A DNA stretch of 64,000 nt from Candidatus Cloacimonadales bacterium (GTDB lineage: Bacteria; Cloacimonadota; Cloacimonadia; Cloacimonadales; JAFGVF01), in assembly GCA_963667035.1 (NCBI GenBank), contig OY762964.1:192001-256000 (forward strand), written 5' to 3'. This document shows, piece after piece, positions 49,474-59,920 of this stretch. Position 1 is the stretch's first letter. Every line of letters begins with the position of its first letter. A program made the position numbers and the translations under genes. The notes beneath the pieces were generated by a model. It was given only the letters and a program-made list of their open reading frames with translations, had not been told where the DNA came from and made no database searches.

Positions 49474-50493
49474 ATGGATTATAAAAAATCAGGTGTAGAC
49501 ATTAAAGCCGGGGAAGAATCTGTTAATAGAATCAAACCAATGGTAAAATCAACATTTAACAAAAATGTTCTTACCCAGATTGGAGGTTTTGGAGGTTTGT
49601 ATCAAGTTGATCTCACAAGATGGAAAGAACCTGTCTTAGTTTCCAGTGCAGATGGTGTGGGAACAAAGATCATGGTTGCGGGAATGGCTGGAGTTTACGA
49701 TACTGTTGGACAGGACTTAGTAAATCACTGTGTGAACGATATTCTTGTTCAAGGGGCAATTCCACAATATTTTCTTGATTATATAGGTGTTGGAAAACTT
49801 AATCCCCAAAATATTGAAGCAATTATCTCCGGTTTTGTAAAGGCTTGTCGTGAAAATGATATGGCTCTTATAGGCGGAGAGATGGCAGAAATGCCCGGGA
49901 TTTATGATCCTGAAGATTTCGACTTGGCAGGGACAATTGTAGGACTTGTTGAGAAAAAGAAAATTATAACCGGAGAAGAAATTAAAGCCGGAGATGTAGT
50001 GCTTGGATTTGAATCTACAGGATTACATACAAATGGTTATTCTTTAGCAAGGGCAATTGTTTTTGATATTCTTAAACTAAAGCATGATTCATTGCTCCCA
50101 GGGATGAAATATACAGTTGCAGAAGCATTTTTAAAGATTCATAAGTCATATCTTCCATATATGAAGGCATTCTTAGAACCTAATCAGGTTCATGGGATGG
50201 CTCACATAACAGGAGGAGGAATTCAAGGGAATTTGAAACGTGTTATTCCTGATAGCTTAACAGCTGTTGTAGACGTGAAAGCTTGGGAAACTCCCGAATT
50301 GTTTAAACTACTTGTTGATGCAGGCAAAGTGGAAGCAATAGAATCTTATAGTGCTTTTAATATGGGAATAGGATATATTGTTGTTTGTCCCGAAACAGTA
50401 GCAAATCAAATGATGAAAGCAATTCCTGTTAGAGAAATAGGTGTTATAGAAAAGAATTTATATGCCGAAAAGGTAAAATTGATTAATATATGA
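49474..50493 (+). CDS. purM: Phosphoribosylformylglycinamidine cyclo-ligase
   Basis: YKKSGVDI, DGVGTK, FLDY, GLHTNGYSL, HITGGG, FNMGIG; start moved to the ATG after GAGGAG. Confidence 0.96.
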   Translation: MDYKKSGVDIKAGEESVNRIKPMVKSTFNKNVLTQIGGFGGLYQVDLTRWKEPVLVSSADGVGTKIMVAGMAGVYDTVGQDLVNHCVNDILVQGAIPQYFLDYIGVGKLNPQNIEAIISGFVKACRENDMALIGGEMAEMPGIYDPEDFDLAGTIVGLVEKKKIITGEEIKAGDVVLGFESTGLHTNGYSLARAIVFDILKLKHDSLLPGMKYTVAEAFLKIHKSYLPYMKAFLEPNQVHGMAHITGGGIQGNLKRVIPDSLTAVVDVKAWETPELFKLLVDAGKVEAIESYSAFNMGIGYIVVCPETVANQMMKAIPVREIGVIEKNLYAEKVKLINI

Positions 50494-51311
50494 AGTGGAG
50501 AATAATAGTCCACGGTAAGTTAGGCTCAGCCGAAAACATGGCAATAGATGAAGCCATAATGCTAGCCATAGAAGCCGGGAAAAGCTTACCAACTATAAGG
50601 TTTTATGATTGGAATCCTGCTACAGTATCATGCGGATTCAATCAACGAGCATTGGATGAGATTGACTTCGAAGAGGTTAAACTTCGAGGTTATGGTTTTG
50701 TGCGAAGACCTACCGGTGGTAGAGTTGTTTTACATAAAAACGAAGTAACGTATGCCGTAATTACTCCTTCAATTGATAAATTTAAAGGTGGAATTACCGA
50801 TACTTACGCGGAGATTAGTAAAGCATTAGCCAAAGGATTAACGCTTCTTGGCGTTCCTATTGAGTTTGAGAAAGGTGAGCTTACTGCTTCCGAGCAGAGA
50901 GTGAATGCCAATCCCTGCTTCACTAGTACTTCAAGATATGAATTAAAATGCCTTGGGAAAAAGATAGTAGGAAGTGCTCAAGTTAGAAAAGGTAAAATGC
51001 TTCTACAACATGGCTCTATTCTTCTTCATGCCAATCAAGAAGAAGTTGCTTGGTTGGTGCCCGGACTGGAACCGGAGAAGAAGGAAAAGTTAGCCAGATT
51101 TTTGCAGAGAAAAACAATTTCGATTAATCAAGCACAGAATAACAATTACAATTTCGATAAAGTAACGGAAAAACTTATTCAAGGATTCAAAGAACAATGG
51201 AATGATGATGAATTTGTATTTGAATCAGATATTTCAAATTATGAGCGAGAGTTAATGATAGAGTTAACAGAGAGTAAATATGCAAGAGATAATTGGAATT
51301 TCCGTAAATAA
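50490..51311 (+). CDS. Lipoate-protein ligase family (LipM/LplA-like)
   Basis: NMAIDEA, VRRPTGGR.VLH, KKIVGSAQ, LQHGSI. Confidence 0.9.
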   Translation: MKWRIIVHGKLGSAENMAIDEAIMLAIEAGKSLPTIRFYDWNPATVSCGFNQRALDEIDFEEVKLRGYGFVRRPTGGRVVLHKNEVTYAVITPSIDKFKGGITDTYAEISKALAKGLTLLGVPIEFEKGELTASEQRVNANPCFTSTSRYELKCLGKKIVGSAQVRKGKMLLQHGSILLHANQEEVAWLVPGLEPEKKEKLARFLQRKTISINQAQNNNYNFDKVTEKLIQGFKEQWNDDEFVFESDISNYERELMIELTESKYARDNWNFRK

Positions 51312-51421
51312 ACAGGTGCTTACAGAAAATTTATTGACATTTAAGTTATTCCATTCGTTTTTTGGTAGAATGGAGAATTTTATAAAAACATGGATATTGT
51401 GAAATAGAAAGGGAGGATTAA

Positions 51422-54400
51422 TTGATGCGAAAGATAGCTTCAATATTGTTCTTTGTTTTGCTTTTTGGAAGTTTATCTTTGGTTGCACAAGAGACAGGTA
51501 CCTTAGCTGTTAAAGTAAAAACCAATGACGGAGATTTAGTTTCCTATGCGAATGTTGTGCTGTTTAAAGACGGCGTTAACACTAAGATAGGTGGACAAAC
51601 GAGTAGTTCTGGTACTTGCAGGATTATCAATATTCCACCGGGAGTATATGATGCCAAGATTTCTAAAATGAGTTATGCGGCTGTAACTGTTGAAAGACTT
51701 AGGATTAATGCAGGTTCAGTCACTACTCAAAATGTAAAACTGACTAAACAATCAGTAGCTTTGGACATTGATGTAAGAGTTATTGCAGAGAAGCCCAAGG
51801 TTGATGCCAGTAAAATGGGATCGGGAGCTAGGATCGAAATTGACAACATCGGGGATAAGGCCGTTGATGATGTCGATGATATGTTAAAAGATATTGCCGG
51901 TATATCGGTTACGAACGAAGGTGTCCGTGTTAGAGGCGGAAGAACAGGTGAGGTTGTTTACTCTGTTGACGGTATGCCTGTCTCGGATCCTGTTGATGGT
52001 GGTGTTGCTTTGAGTGTTGATACTGATGCTATTGCTGACATGAATGTAATGACCGGTGGTTTTACTGCTGAATTCGGTAATGCTCAATCAGGTATCGTAT
52101 CAATTGTTACCAAAAGCGGTGGAAGATTTTACTCGGGTAAGTTGGAATATTCTACAGATCACCTTATATCTGACGAAAATAGTAATTCAGATTTGCTTAG
52201 ATTTGCTATTGGAGGTCCGCTGTTAGGATATCGTTCAGGTAAACTAAGAGATAATCTGACTTTCTTTTTAAATGGAAGTGGATCATGGTCTGATGGTCGT
52301 TTTAAGGATAGCTGGAAAAGTGATCCCAATGATGATTTCGTCTTGAATGGAACTTCTCTTCTTAAAACAGATTATGAAGAGTATAATCCGTATAAAGACA
52401 GAGAAGATTTTCTATGGACTGAGTTAGGCGAGAGAAATTATAATAGTTATAATGCTAATTTTAAAACTAAATATCAGATTACTCCGGCAACTAAGTTCAC
52501 TTTAGCCGTTCGTGGCGATAGAGAAATCAATGACGCATATACTCCTAAGGACAAATACGCTCTTCAGCATAATGGACAAAGTGAAATTAATCAGAGACAA
52601 TATGTAGTTAATTTTGATCAAGTCTTTAATCCCCAAATGAATCTTAAGGTAAAAGCTAGTTACTATAACAAAACTACAGATTACGCACCTAAAGGTGTGA
52701 ATCGTAATTCATATATATATCAAACAATTACTGATAATGACATTTACAATTCAGATGGAACTGTTAATCAAGAAATGCTAGATTCATACGTTGCCAATGT
52801 ATTCAGTAACTTTTCAATAGGTAATACTGGAGCAGGATGGGAAACAATAGCAGGGACTAATGATATAATGATTGGTTTCCCTTCTTATGAAGATTGGGTG
52901 TATGAATATACTATTACTCCATTAGAAAAAGAAGGGACAATACCTTTTACTTATCCAGGAACAATTGCAGATACTTTTATCAATGACGAGACAACCACTG
53001 CAAGCTTTAAGGCTGATTTTGAATATCTAATAAATGACGTTCATCAAGCAAAAACAGGGCTTGAGTTCATCCAGCATTTTATTGATAAAGATCAAGTAAG
53101 TAATTTCCTCACAATTAACAACCCAAGAATGAAAGACTATCTTAAAGAAATTTATGATACAAATTCCTACATTGATACTAATGACGATTCGTCTATAGCG
53201 TCAATTCCTGATGAATTGGCCTATGTTGAACAAATCGATTCAACCGGTGTTCTGAAAGATGACTATAGATTTGTTTATAATCCGGACGATTACTATGATG
53301 CAGCAATGGCAGCATCAGGCGTTAGTAACGGTTACAAAGCCACTCCTCTTCAAGCTGCTTACTATTTACAGGATAGAATGGAGTGGGAAGGTATGATTGT
53401 TAATTTAGGTCTTCGTCTAGACTACTGGTATCTTGGTAAGAGTTATGAAAAACTTCTTGACAATGGTGCTTATGAAGACGTTGATTTTGTAAAGGATTTA
53501 GGATACAGTAAATCAGATTTACACCAGTTAATGCTTTCTCCAAGACTTGGTGTTTCTCACCCTATTTCAGAGAGAGATGTGCTTAGATTTGCTTACAATT
53601 ATCAAAATCAGTTACCTCCAATGGCATATATCTTCACTAGCAGAACTCCGGAAGATGCTAATGATAATGCCGGTATTACTGTCGGTAATCCGACACTTGA
53701 GCCTCAAATAACTGTTACCTACGAAGTTGGTCTTACACATCAGATGAGTGAGGATTATGTATTAGATGTTACTACATATTATAAGAATATATATAACTAT
53801 GTCTCAACTGAGAAGAAATCAGATCCTAATCAAGAACAAGTATATTGGTATAAGTACATTTCTCAAGACTACGGTAGTGCTCGTGGTATTGACCTAAGTT
53901 TGACAAAGTTCATGTCAAACTTCTGGACAGGATCAATAGCTTATAGTTTAGCTTGGGCTGAAGGTAATAACTCGGCAACTAATATTCAGGATAGTAATAC
54001 AAACTATAGAGAATTCGCTTTAGATTGGGATGTACGACATGATGTTAAATTGAATCTTACATTCAGAATTGATAAAGGTGAAGAATTCATGATTCCCGGA
54101 ACATCTTTTATATTGCCGTTAAGTGATTTCTCTACCAACTTTAGTGCTAATTACACTACAGCAAGACCTTACACACCATCATCAGAAAACGGTGAGTCTC
54201 TTGATACAAATAGTGAAAGACTTGAACCTACTATGAGTACTAATTTGAGAATTACTAAAGGTTGGACAATTGGTGACAAATATAAAATAAGAGCTTATTG
54301 TGATATCTCAAATCTGTTTAAATATAATAATATTTACACTGTTTATCCCAAAACCGGTAGTCCGAACTGGGATGGAGAGTTAGATCCAATAACAACAAAC

Positions 54401-54511
54401 GAGGGTTATATAGTACCTGAAGACCAGTTCATGCGAGATTTACTTATTAATAACCCATCTTACGAAAATAATGATAGAAGAGTTACGGTTGGCGTAGCCT
54501 TTAATTTTTAA
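51422..54511 (+). CDS. TonB-dependent receptor-like outer-membrane barrel with N-terminal carboxypeptidase-regulatory-like domain
   Basis: Signal peptide; plug motifs VRGGRTGEV...VDG and GGFTAEFGNAQSGIV..VTKSG; SPRLGVSHP, GNPTLEPQ; C-terminal F. Confidence 0.9.
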   Translation: MMRKIASILFFVLLFGSLSLVAQETGTLAVKVKTNDGDLVSYANVVLFKDGVNTKIGGQTSSSGTCRIINIPPGVYDAKISKMSYAAVTVERLRINAGSVTTQNVKLTKQSVALDIDVRVIAEKPKVDASKMGSGARIEIDNIGDKAVDDVDDMLKDIAGISVTNEGVRVRGGRTGEVVYSVDGMPVSDPVDGGVALSVDTDAIADMNVMTGGFTAEFGNAQSGIVSIVTKSGGRFYSGKLEYSTDHLISDENSNSDLLRFAIGGPLLGYRSGKLRDNLTFFLNGSGSWSDGRFKDSWKSDPNDDFVLNGTSLLKTDYEEYNPYKDREDFLWTELGERNYNSYNANFKTKYQITPATKFTLAVRGDREINDAYTPKDKYALQHNGQSEINQRQYVVNFDQVFNPQMNLKVKASYYNKTTDYAPKGVNRNSYIYQTITDNDIYNSDGTVNQEMLDSYVANVFSNFSIGNTGAGWETIAGTNDIMIGFPSYEDWVYEYTITPLEKEGTIPFTYPGTIADTFINDETTTASFKADFEYLINDVHQAKTGLEFIQHFIDKDQVSNFLTINNPRMKDYLKEIYDTNSYIDTNDDSSIASIPDELAYVEQIDSTGVLKDDYRFVYNPDDYYDAAMAASGVSNGYKATPLQAAYYLQDRMEWEGMIVNLGLRLDYWYLGKSYEKLLDNGAYEDVDFVKDLGYSKSDLHQLMLSPRLGVSHPISERDVLRFAYNYQNQLPPMAYIFTSRTPEDANDNAGITVGNPTLEPQITVTYEVGLTHQMSEDYVLDVTTYYKNIYNYVSTEKKSDPNQEQVYWYKYISQDYGSARGIDLSLTKFMSNFWTGSIAYSLAWAEGNNSATNIQDSNTNYREFALDWDVRHDVKLNLTFRIDKGEEFMIPGTSFILPLSDFSTNFSANYTTARPYTPSSENGESLDTNSERLEPTMSTNLRITKGWTIGDKYKIRAYCDISNLFKYNNIYTVYPKTGSPNWDGELDPITTNEGYIVPEDQFMRDLLINNPSYENNDRRVTVGVAFNF

Positions 54512-54536
54512 TAAAAACTAAGGAGGATAGAGAAGA

Positions 54537-55361
54537 ATGAAAAGGAATCTTGTCTTAACCGTACTTATGGTTATTGTGATGAGTTTAACCTTCACAAGTA
54601 TAGCTTTTGCTCAAGCAGATGCTACAGATCCTGCGATGAGTCAGGAAGTGGAAAGTGCAGATGTTGTACAGCCCGATGCAATAGACACAGAGGCTACTAC
54701 ACAAGGTGGTGGCTTACAGGAATTTGCCAAGAAAGTACTTGGTAGCGGTTTCGTTGATATCTTTGTTAAGGGTGGATTCACAATGTGGCCACTTCTTGCC
54801 CTTACTATTTGGGGTCTTGCTTATATTATCTGGAAAATGATTGCTATTAGCTATGCTAAGGTAAATGTATCTGAATTTTTAGATAAAATTCTTCCTCTTA
54901 TCGAAAAGGGACAGTACAAAGATGCTGTTGAGTTTGCAAAGAAAACACGTGGTCCGGTAGCCGCTGTTATCTATGCCGGTTTATTGAAAGCCGACAGAAG
55001 TCTTGAAGCTGTTGAAAAAGCTATCGAGAATGCCGGTGTTATCGAAATGTCTTACCTTGAAAAAGGTTTTACAGAGTTATCAACAACAATTACCTTAGCT
55101 CCTATGTTTGGTTTCTTTGGTACACTTGTTGGTATGATTGGTGCGTTTGACGCTATTGAAAAGGCCGGTGAAGTTGAGCCAACTATTGTTGCCGGTGGTA
55201 TTAAGGTAGCCCTCATTACTTCAGCTGCAGGTTTAGCTATTTCAATTCCGGTACAGTTCTTTTACAATATCTTCACCGGAATGGTAGATAATCTTGTTAT
55301 CGATATGCAACGTGCAACTGAAAAGGTAGTTGAAAAGCTTATAGAAAAGAAGGGGGAATAA
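54537..55361 (+). CDS. exbB: MotA/TolQ/ExbB proton channel protein
   Basis: GGFTMWPL, APMFGFFGTLVGMIGAF, GIKVALITSAAGLAISIP. Confidence 0.92.
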   Translation: MKRNLVLTVLMVIVMSLTFTSIAFAQADATDPAMSQEVESADVVQPDAIDTEATTQGGGLQEFAKKVLGSGFVDIFVKGGFTMWPLLALTIWGLAYIIWKMIAISYAKVNVSEFLDKILPLIEKGQYKDAVEFAKKTRGPVAAVIYAGLLKADRSLEAVEKAIENAGVIEMSYLEKGFTELSTTITLAPMFGFFGTLVGMIGAFDAIEKAGEVEPTIVAGGIKVALITSAAGLAISIPVQFFYNIFTGMVDNLVIDMQRATEKVVEKLIEKKGE

Positions 55362-55769
55362 ATGAGTTTTGACCGGAAAAGGAAGGCAGAAGTTGAGATT
55401 CCAACAGCTTCAATGTCAGATATTTCTTTCCTTTTACTGGTATTCTTCCTTTCAACTACTACATTCGATATAAAGAAAGGTCTTGGTATAGTTTTACCCG
55501 CAGCTTCTAAGGAAGATACCAAAAAGGTAAAGCTAAAACAGGACAATTTAACCAAGGTTTTTGTCGACGGAGAAGGTGAAATACTCCTTAATGATGAGAT
55601 AGTTGACTTAGACCAATTAGAAGATAGAATACAGAAAGTTGTCAGTGAGAACCCCGATATGGTGGTTTCATTAAAAACTGATAGAAATGCGAAATATGAC
55701 AACATGGTAGTTGTTCTTGACCGTATCCAGAGAGCTGGGGCGGAAAAGATTTCGCTTTCAACAAACTAA
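55362..55769 (+). CDS. exbD: ExbD/TolR family protein 1
   Basis: SMSDISFLLLVFF transmembrane segment with conserved Asp; TDRNAKY. Confidence 0.92.
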   Translation: MSFDRKRKAEVEIPTASMSDISFLLLVFFLSTTTFDIKKGLGIVLPAASKEDTKKVKLKQDNLTKVFVDGEGEILLNDEIVDLDQLEDRIQKVVSENPDMVVSLKTDRNAKYDNMVVVLDRIQRAGAEKISLSTN

Positions 55770-55779
55770 GGGAGGAAAC

Positions 55780-56184
55780 ATGGCGTTGCTTAGAAAGAAA
55801 AGAGCTAAAGTATCTATACCAACAGCTTCGATGTCCGACATCTCCTTCCTTCTGTTACTATTCTTCATGGTTTCAACAGTATTTGTGAAAGAGAAAGGTT
55901 TAAACGTTGAGTTACCTAAAGCTTATGCTATTGAAAAGATTCCAAGGAATCATGCAGTAACAATATACGTTGATAAAAGTGAGAATGTATCAATTGATGA
56001 TTTGCTTATTCCATTAGAAAGTATAGAATATATAATGGCTAGCAAGTTGGCATTGGATTATAATTCTCTATTCTGTTTCAGAACTGATAAGTTTACACGC
56101 TTTGGTGTTATGTCAGACGTGTTAAAGAAACTACAGGAAGCAGATGCTCTTCGCGTGTACTTTGAAGCAAGGTTGAAAAGGTAG
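55780..56184 (+). CDS. exbD: ExbD/TolR family protein 2
   Basis: SMSDISFLLLLFFMV; start moved to the ATG after GGAGGA. Confidence 0.9.
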   Translation: MALLRKKRAKVSIPTASMSDISFLLLLFFMVSTVFVKEKGLNVELPKAYAIEKIPRNHAVTIYVDKSENVSIDDLLIPLESIEYIMASKLALDYNSLFCFRTDKFTRFGVMSDVLKKLQEADALRVYFEARLKR

Positions 56185-56838
56185 GTGAGTGAGATGAGTA
56201 AAATAGAAAGAATCCAAGATTGGAAAGATGTTGCAAATTCCTATTTTGAAAAAGCTTTAAGCCTTTCGATAATCATTATGCTTTTTGCTGTAATGACTAC
56301 ACCTAAATTCGAAATTAAAGTTAAAAAACGTGAAGTTAAGCACGTTGAAGCTATAGAGATACCACCTGAGATCAGAGAAAAGATAAAGCCTCCAGAGCAA
56401 ACTAAAGTAGATTTGGAAATCATTATTGATGACACTGATTTGGGCGAAGATGAAGACACTGAGATTGAAGAAATTGATACAATCGCAACAACAGTGCTTG
56501 ATACAGAGGATATAGTGGAAGCACCTAGAGGAAAAGTTGGAGAGACACCTAAATTTGTTCCTTATGAAGATGCTCCGGTAGTTGTAACTTCTGTCTTGCC
56601 CGAGTATTCTGAATTTGCTAGAAAATCAGGTATTCAAGGTGATGTGCTATTGGATGTGGAAGTCCTGGAAGACGGTTCTGTTGGAGCAGTTGAAGTGTTA
56701 GAATCACTCCAGGCTGGTATTGGTGGATTGGATGAAGCTGCTGTTAAAGCAGTTAGACAGTGGAAATTTCAGCCAGCTATGAGTAATGGTCAACCTGTTG
56801 CATGCTGGGTACAATTCCCCGTAACATTCTCGTTTTGA
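56185..56838 (+). CDS. tonB: TonB family energy transducer
   Basis: N-terminal TM, acidic linker, PEYSEFARKSGIQG.V, LDEAAVKAVRQWKFQPA, VQFPVTF. Confidence 0.9.
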   Translation: MSEMSKIERIQDWKDVANSYFEKALSLSIIIMLFAVMTTPKFEIKVKKREVKHVEAIEIPPEIREKIKPPEQTKVDLEIIIDDTDLGEDEDTEIEEIDTIATTVLDTEDIVEAPRGKVGETPKFVPYEDAPVVVTSVLPEYSEFARKSGIQGDVLLDVEVLEDGSVGAVEVLESLQAGIGGLDEAAVKAVRQWKFQPAMSNGQPVACWVQFPVTFSF

Positions 56839-56855
56839 TCTATGGAGGATAACTA

Positions 56856-59800
56856 ATGATCTATAATTATAGAAAGTTTTTTCTGGTGCTATTGATAATA
56901 GGGATTTTAGCCACTCTTGGTGCAAGAATGGCTGATAGACCATCATCAGGGAAGAAATTTGATTTAACACAATATCATAATGTTGGAAATATATGGTTAC
57001 GAGTAAGTAACTATGGTTTCTTTGGTTCTGGTGATGACATTGAGCCTCAATATCCTTCTCTTGAGTATCCAGGAGGAAGCGGTGCAGATTATCTTTATCA
57101 GGGTGCATTATGGTTTGGAGCTAAGAAGCAACGCAGAGATTTGGCTGGAAAGAAATTGTACTGGAAGACATTCCCTCCAACTCCTGATAGTAAAGAGACA
57201 ATTACTGAGGACCATCCAGAATGGAACCCAGGTCTTCATGCTGTAATTGATACACTTGTTTCAGTTGGATTTGATGGCGATAATGATCTCTATGAATTTT
57301 TACCTGCATACAACCCCTTGGAGGCATCATCCGATGAATTGTCATCATACTTTGACTCCAATAATCCTGATGACAAGATGATTACTACTTCTATTAGAAA
57401 ACAAAGACGTGGTGTCGATGATGACGGTGACGGTCTTATAGATGAAGACTTCCCTGGTTATACTTTCAAATTCAGAGATAATTCTGAATTGCCGTCAGTA
57501 TTTTCAGATATGAGTGAAGAGTATTTAGCTGACCTGACAGTAGAAGAAATTGCAACGATAAATCAAGGACGCAACTATGAGATTTGGTTCCCATTGGGCT
57601 TCATGGATTTAAGTGATTCAGGCGAAGGAGATATTGACTATAACTTTGCTGGTCCTGTTAATGATGATCATGATAATTATATTGATGAAGATGGTGCTCC
57701 AGTTTCGGAGCAGGATTATATATCTTACTATTATGATTATAGCCCTTTTGGGACATCTGTTAATCGAGACTGGGGTGATGCCAAAAGTAGAAATAATCAC
57801 GTCCCTCTAAATGTTAGAGTGAGACAGATGTCTTATCAGTGGAGCTATGAATACATTAAAAATCTAGTTTATGTTGAATTTGATGTTACAAACATGGGAC
57901 AGGATACTTTGTATGATTGTGCTATGGGTATATATATGGATTCAGACGTTGGCCCTCAAAGTTACGGATCGGACAAAGCACAGGATGACTTGTCTGGATA
58001 TGTAAAAGGACGTGGTTATGAGTTTGCTTATACTAGAGACGATGATGGAGATGATGGACTTGTTAGTGGTTTAGTAGGAGCTAGGGTTTGTACTCCTGAT
58101 CCTGATACTCTTGATTTCTCTTGTTGGTATTGGGCAGTTGGTGATGGTCCGGAAGATAGTGATCCTCAACAAGTTGGTAGTGCTGAAACTTATAATGAGA
58201 AGTATTATTTATTAACAGGTAAGAAACCAGCATCTAATCCTGATATTCTTGATTTGAGAAAAAATGATGATCCAACAATTTCTGAGTTTGAACAACCGAA
58301 TGCAGCTGATACAAGGTTTTTATTTGCTTTCTACGGTGCTCAACCGGGTACAACAGATTATAGTGATCAAACAAAAAGATGGAATTTAGCTCCTTCAAAA
58401 ACAATGAAAATTGTTGTTGCAGTATTCCCCGGAGATAATCTTCCTGATTTGAAACGTTCTGCTCGCTGGGCAAAAGACATCTATGGTCGAGCTCAGGATT
58501 TGACAACTGTTGTACTCCCCGATACTTTCCCACATTATAACCCACCAGAGCCCCCAACAATACCAAAGATGTATGCTGATATTGTTAATGACGGTAAGGA
58601 AATTGATGTGTACTGGGATAATCGTTCAGAGTATACTGTAGATACAAAAACTGTAAGTACTGCCTTGATTGGATGGCAGAATAATAACGTTCAATGGGAT
58701 AGCTTTACTGGAAATTATAATGACAATATCCCTGCTGAGTTTGGATTAACTGAAGCTAATATGAATGTTGCAGCTAAAGTTAACCCATTTACTGGAAATA
58801 GACTTAGACACGACTTCCAAGGTTATACATTGTGGGGTCGCTCAGGTAGCGGTTCACAAGAAGATTGGGAGATGATAAATCGTTGGGATAAGATTGAAAC
58901 AGCTATCGATTTAGAGGATTATGTTGTAAACCAAGCTCAAGGTGATTTAATTTATTATGGCGGCTATCGTGGTAATGACACTGGACTTCCAGAGGAAGCG
59001 ATTGCAAATATTGCTGATACGAATTACTATAGATTGAACGAGTATTATCAGTTTGTTCAAATAAATGAGGGAGATATCATATACGGTAAGCCACTTTATC
59101 AGCATGATATTGATTGGAGTGAAGAGCTTCAAGCTGAAGCCGATGCAAAGGCAGAAGAGCTTGGAAGTAGCACGAGCATGCTTACTGAAGAAGCCAAGAA
59201 TGTGCAAGCATTAATGTTTAAAAATGAAAATGTACCGGATGCAATATACCTTGAACTTTATGACGATGCGTTAATACCACTTACTGGTCATGGCGGACAA
59301 ACATATAATCCTGATTTTCCAGGTGGATCTGATGCGACTTTGGAAGAGTTAAGAAAAGATAGACTTTCTAGACGCTATTATCATCAGAAAATTACCAATC
59401 CCCCTCGAGGAGTTGAATACTATGTTGCCGTTACTGCTTTTGATAGAGGTATTCCGGGTAATGACTTGGATTATCTGGAATCAGGAAGAGACGCTGATGC
59501 TAACATGAAGATTCTTTTCCCCGGCCATACAAGTAAAACTAACATGGATAACATTTATGTTATACCGAACCCCTATCTTGGCTCTTCTAAATTTGACGGA
59601 AGGAGGGAGAATGATGATAAGGGTGACAAGAGTAAACGTCTTTGGTTCGTTAATTTACCTAAAAGATGTACTATTCGCGTTTATACACTTGCAGGTGACC
59701 TAGTTGATAAAATTGAGCATAATGGTGCACATGAAGCTGATATCATCACTATAAGTAAAGCTGCTACTCAGGGAATTACTGCTGATGGTATTCATGAATG

Positions 59801-59912
59801 GGATTTAATATCTCGTAATGACCAAATTATCGCTAGTGGTGTATATTTGTTTTCTGTTGAGGACAAACAGAGCGGTGATATTAAAGTCGGCAAATTTGTG
59901 ATAGTTAAGTAG
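56856..59912 (+). CDS. Large acidic exported protein with T9SS type-A-like CTD, function unknown
   Basis: Signal peptide; HNVGNIWLRVSNYG, EYPGGSG, YVAVTAFD; IYVIPNPY...IASGVYLFSVE...GKFVIVK. Confidence 0.8.
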   Translation: MIYNYRKFFLVLLIIGILATLGARMADRPSSGKKFDLTQYHNVGNIWLRVSNYGFFGSGDDIEPQYPSLEYPGGSGADYLYQGALWFGAKKQRRDLAGKKLYWKTFPPTPDSKETITEDHPEWNPGLHAVIDTLVSVGFDGDNDLYEFLPAYNPLEASSDELSSYFDSNNPDDKMITTSIRKQRRGVDDDGDGLIDEDFPGYTFKFRDNSELPSVFSDMSEEYLADLTVEEIATINQGRNYEIWFPLGFMDLSDSGEGDIDYNFAGPVNDDHDNYIDEDGAPVSEQDYISYYYDYSPFGTSVNRDWGDAKSRNNHVPLNVRVRQMSYQWSYEYIKNLVYVEFDVTNMGQDTLYDCAMGIYMDSDVGPQSYGSDKAQDDLSGYVKGRGYEFAYTRDDDGDDGLVSGLVGARVCTPDPDTLDFSCWYWAVGDGPEDSDPQQVGSAETYNEKYYLLTGKKPASNPDILDLRKNDDPTISEFEQPNAADTRFLFAFYGAQPGTTDYSDQTKRWNLAPSKTMKIVVAVFPGDNLPDLKRSARWAKDIYGRAQDLTTVVLPDTFPHYNPPEPPTIPKMYADIVNDGKEIDVYWDNRSEYTVDTKTVSTALIGWQNNNVQWDSFTGNYNDNIPAEFGLTEANMNVAAKVNPFTGNRLRHDFQGYTLWGRSGSGSQEDWEMINRWDKIETAIDLEDYVVNQAQGDLIYYGGYRGNDTGLPEEAIANIADTNYYRLNEYYQFVQINEGDIIYGKPLYQHDIDWSEELQAEADAKAEELGSSTSMLTEEAKNVQALMFKNENVPDAIYLELYDDALIPLTGHGGQTYNPDFPGGSDATLEELRKDRLSRRYYHQKITNPPRGVEYYVAVTAFDRGIPGNDLDYLESGRDADANMKILFPGHTSKTNMDNIYVIPNPYLGSSKFDGRRENDDKGDKSKRLWFVNLPKRCTIRVYTLAGDLVDKIEHNGAHEADIITISKAATQGITADGIHEWDLISRNDQIIASGVYLFSVEDKQSGDIKVGKFVIVK

Positions 59913-59920
59913 GAGGAAAG

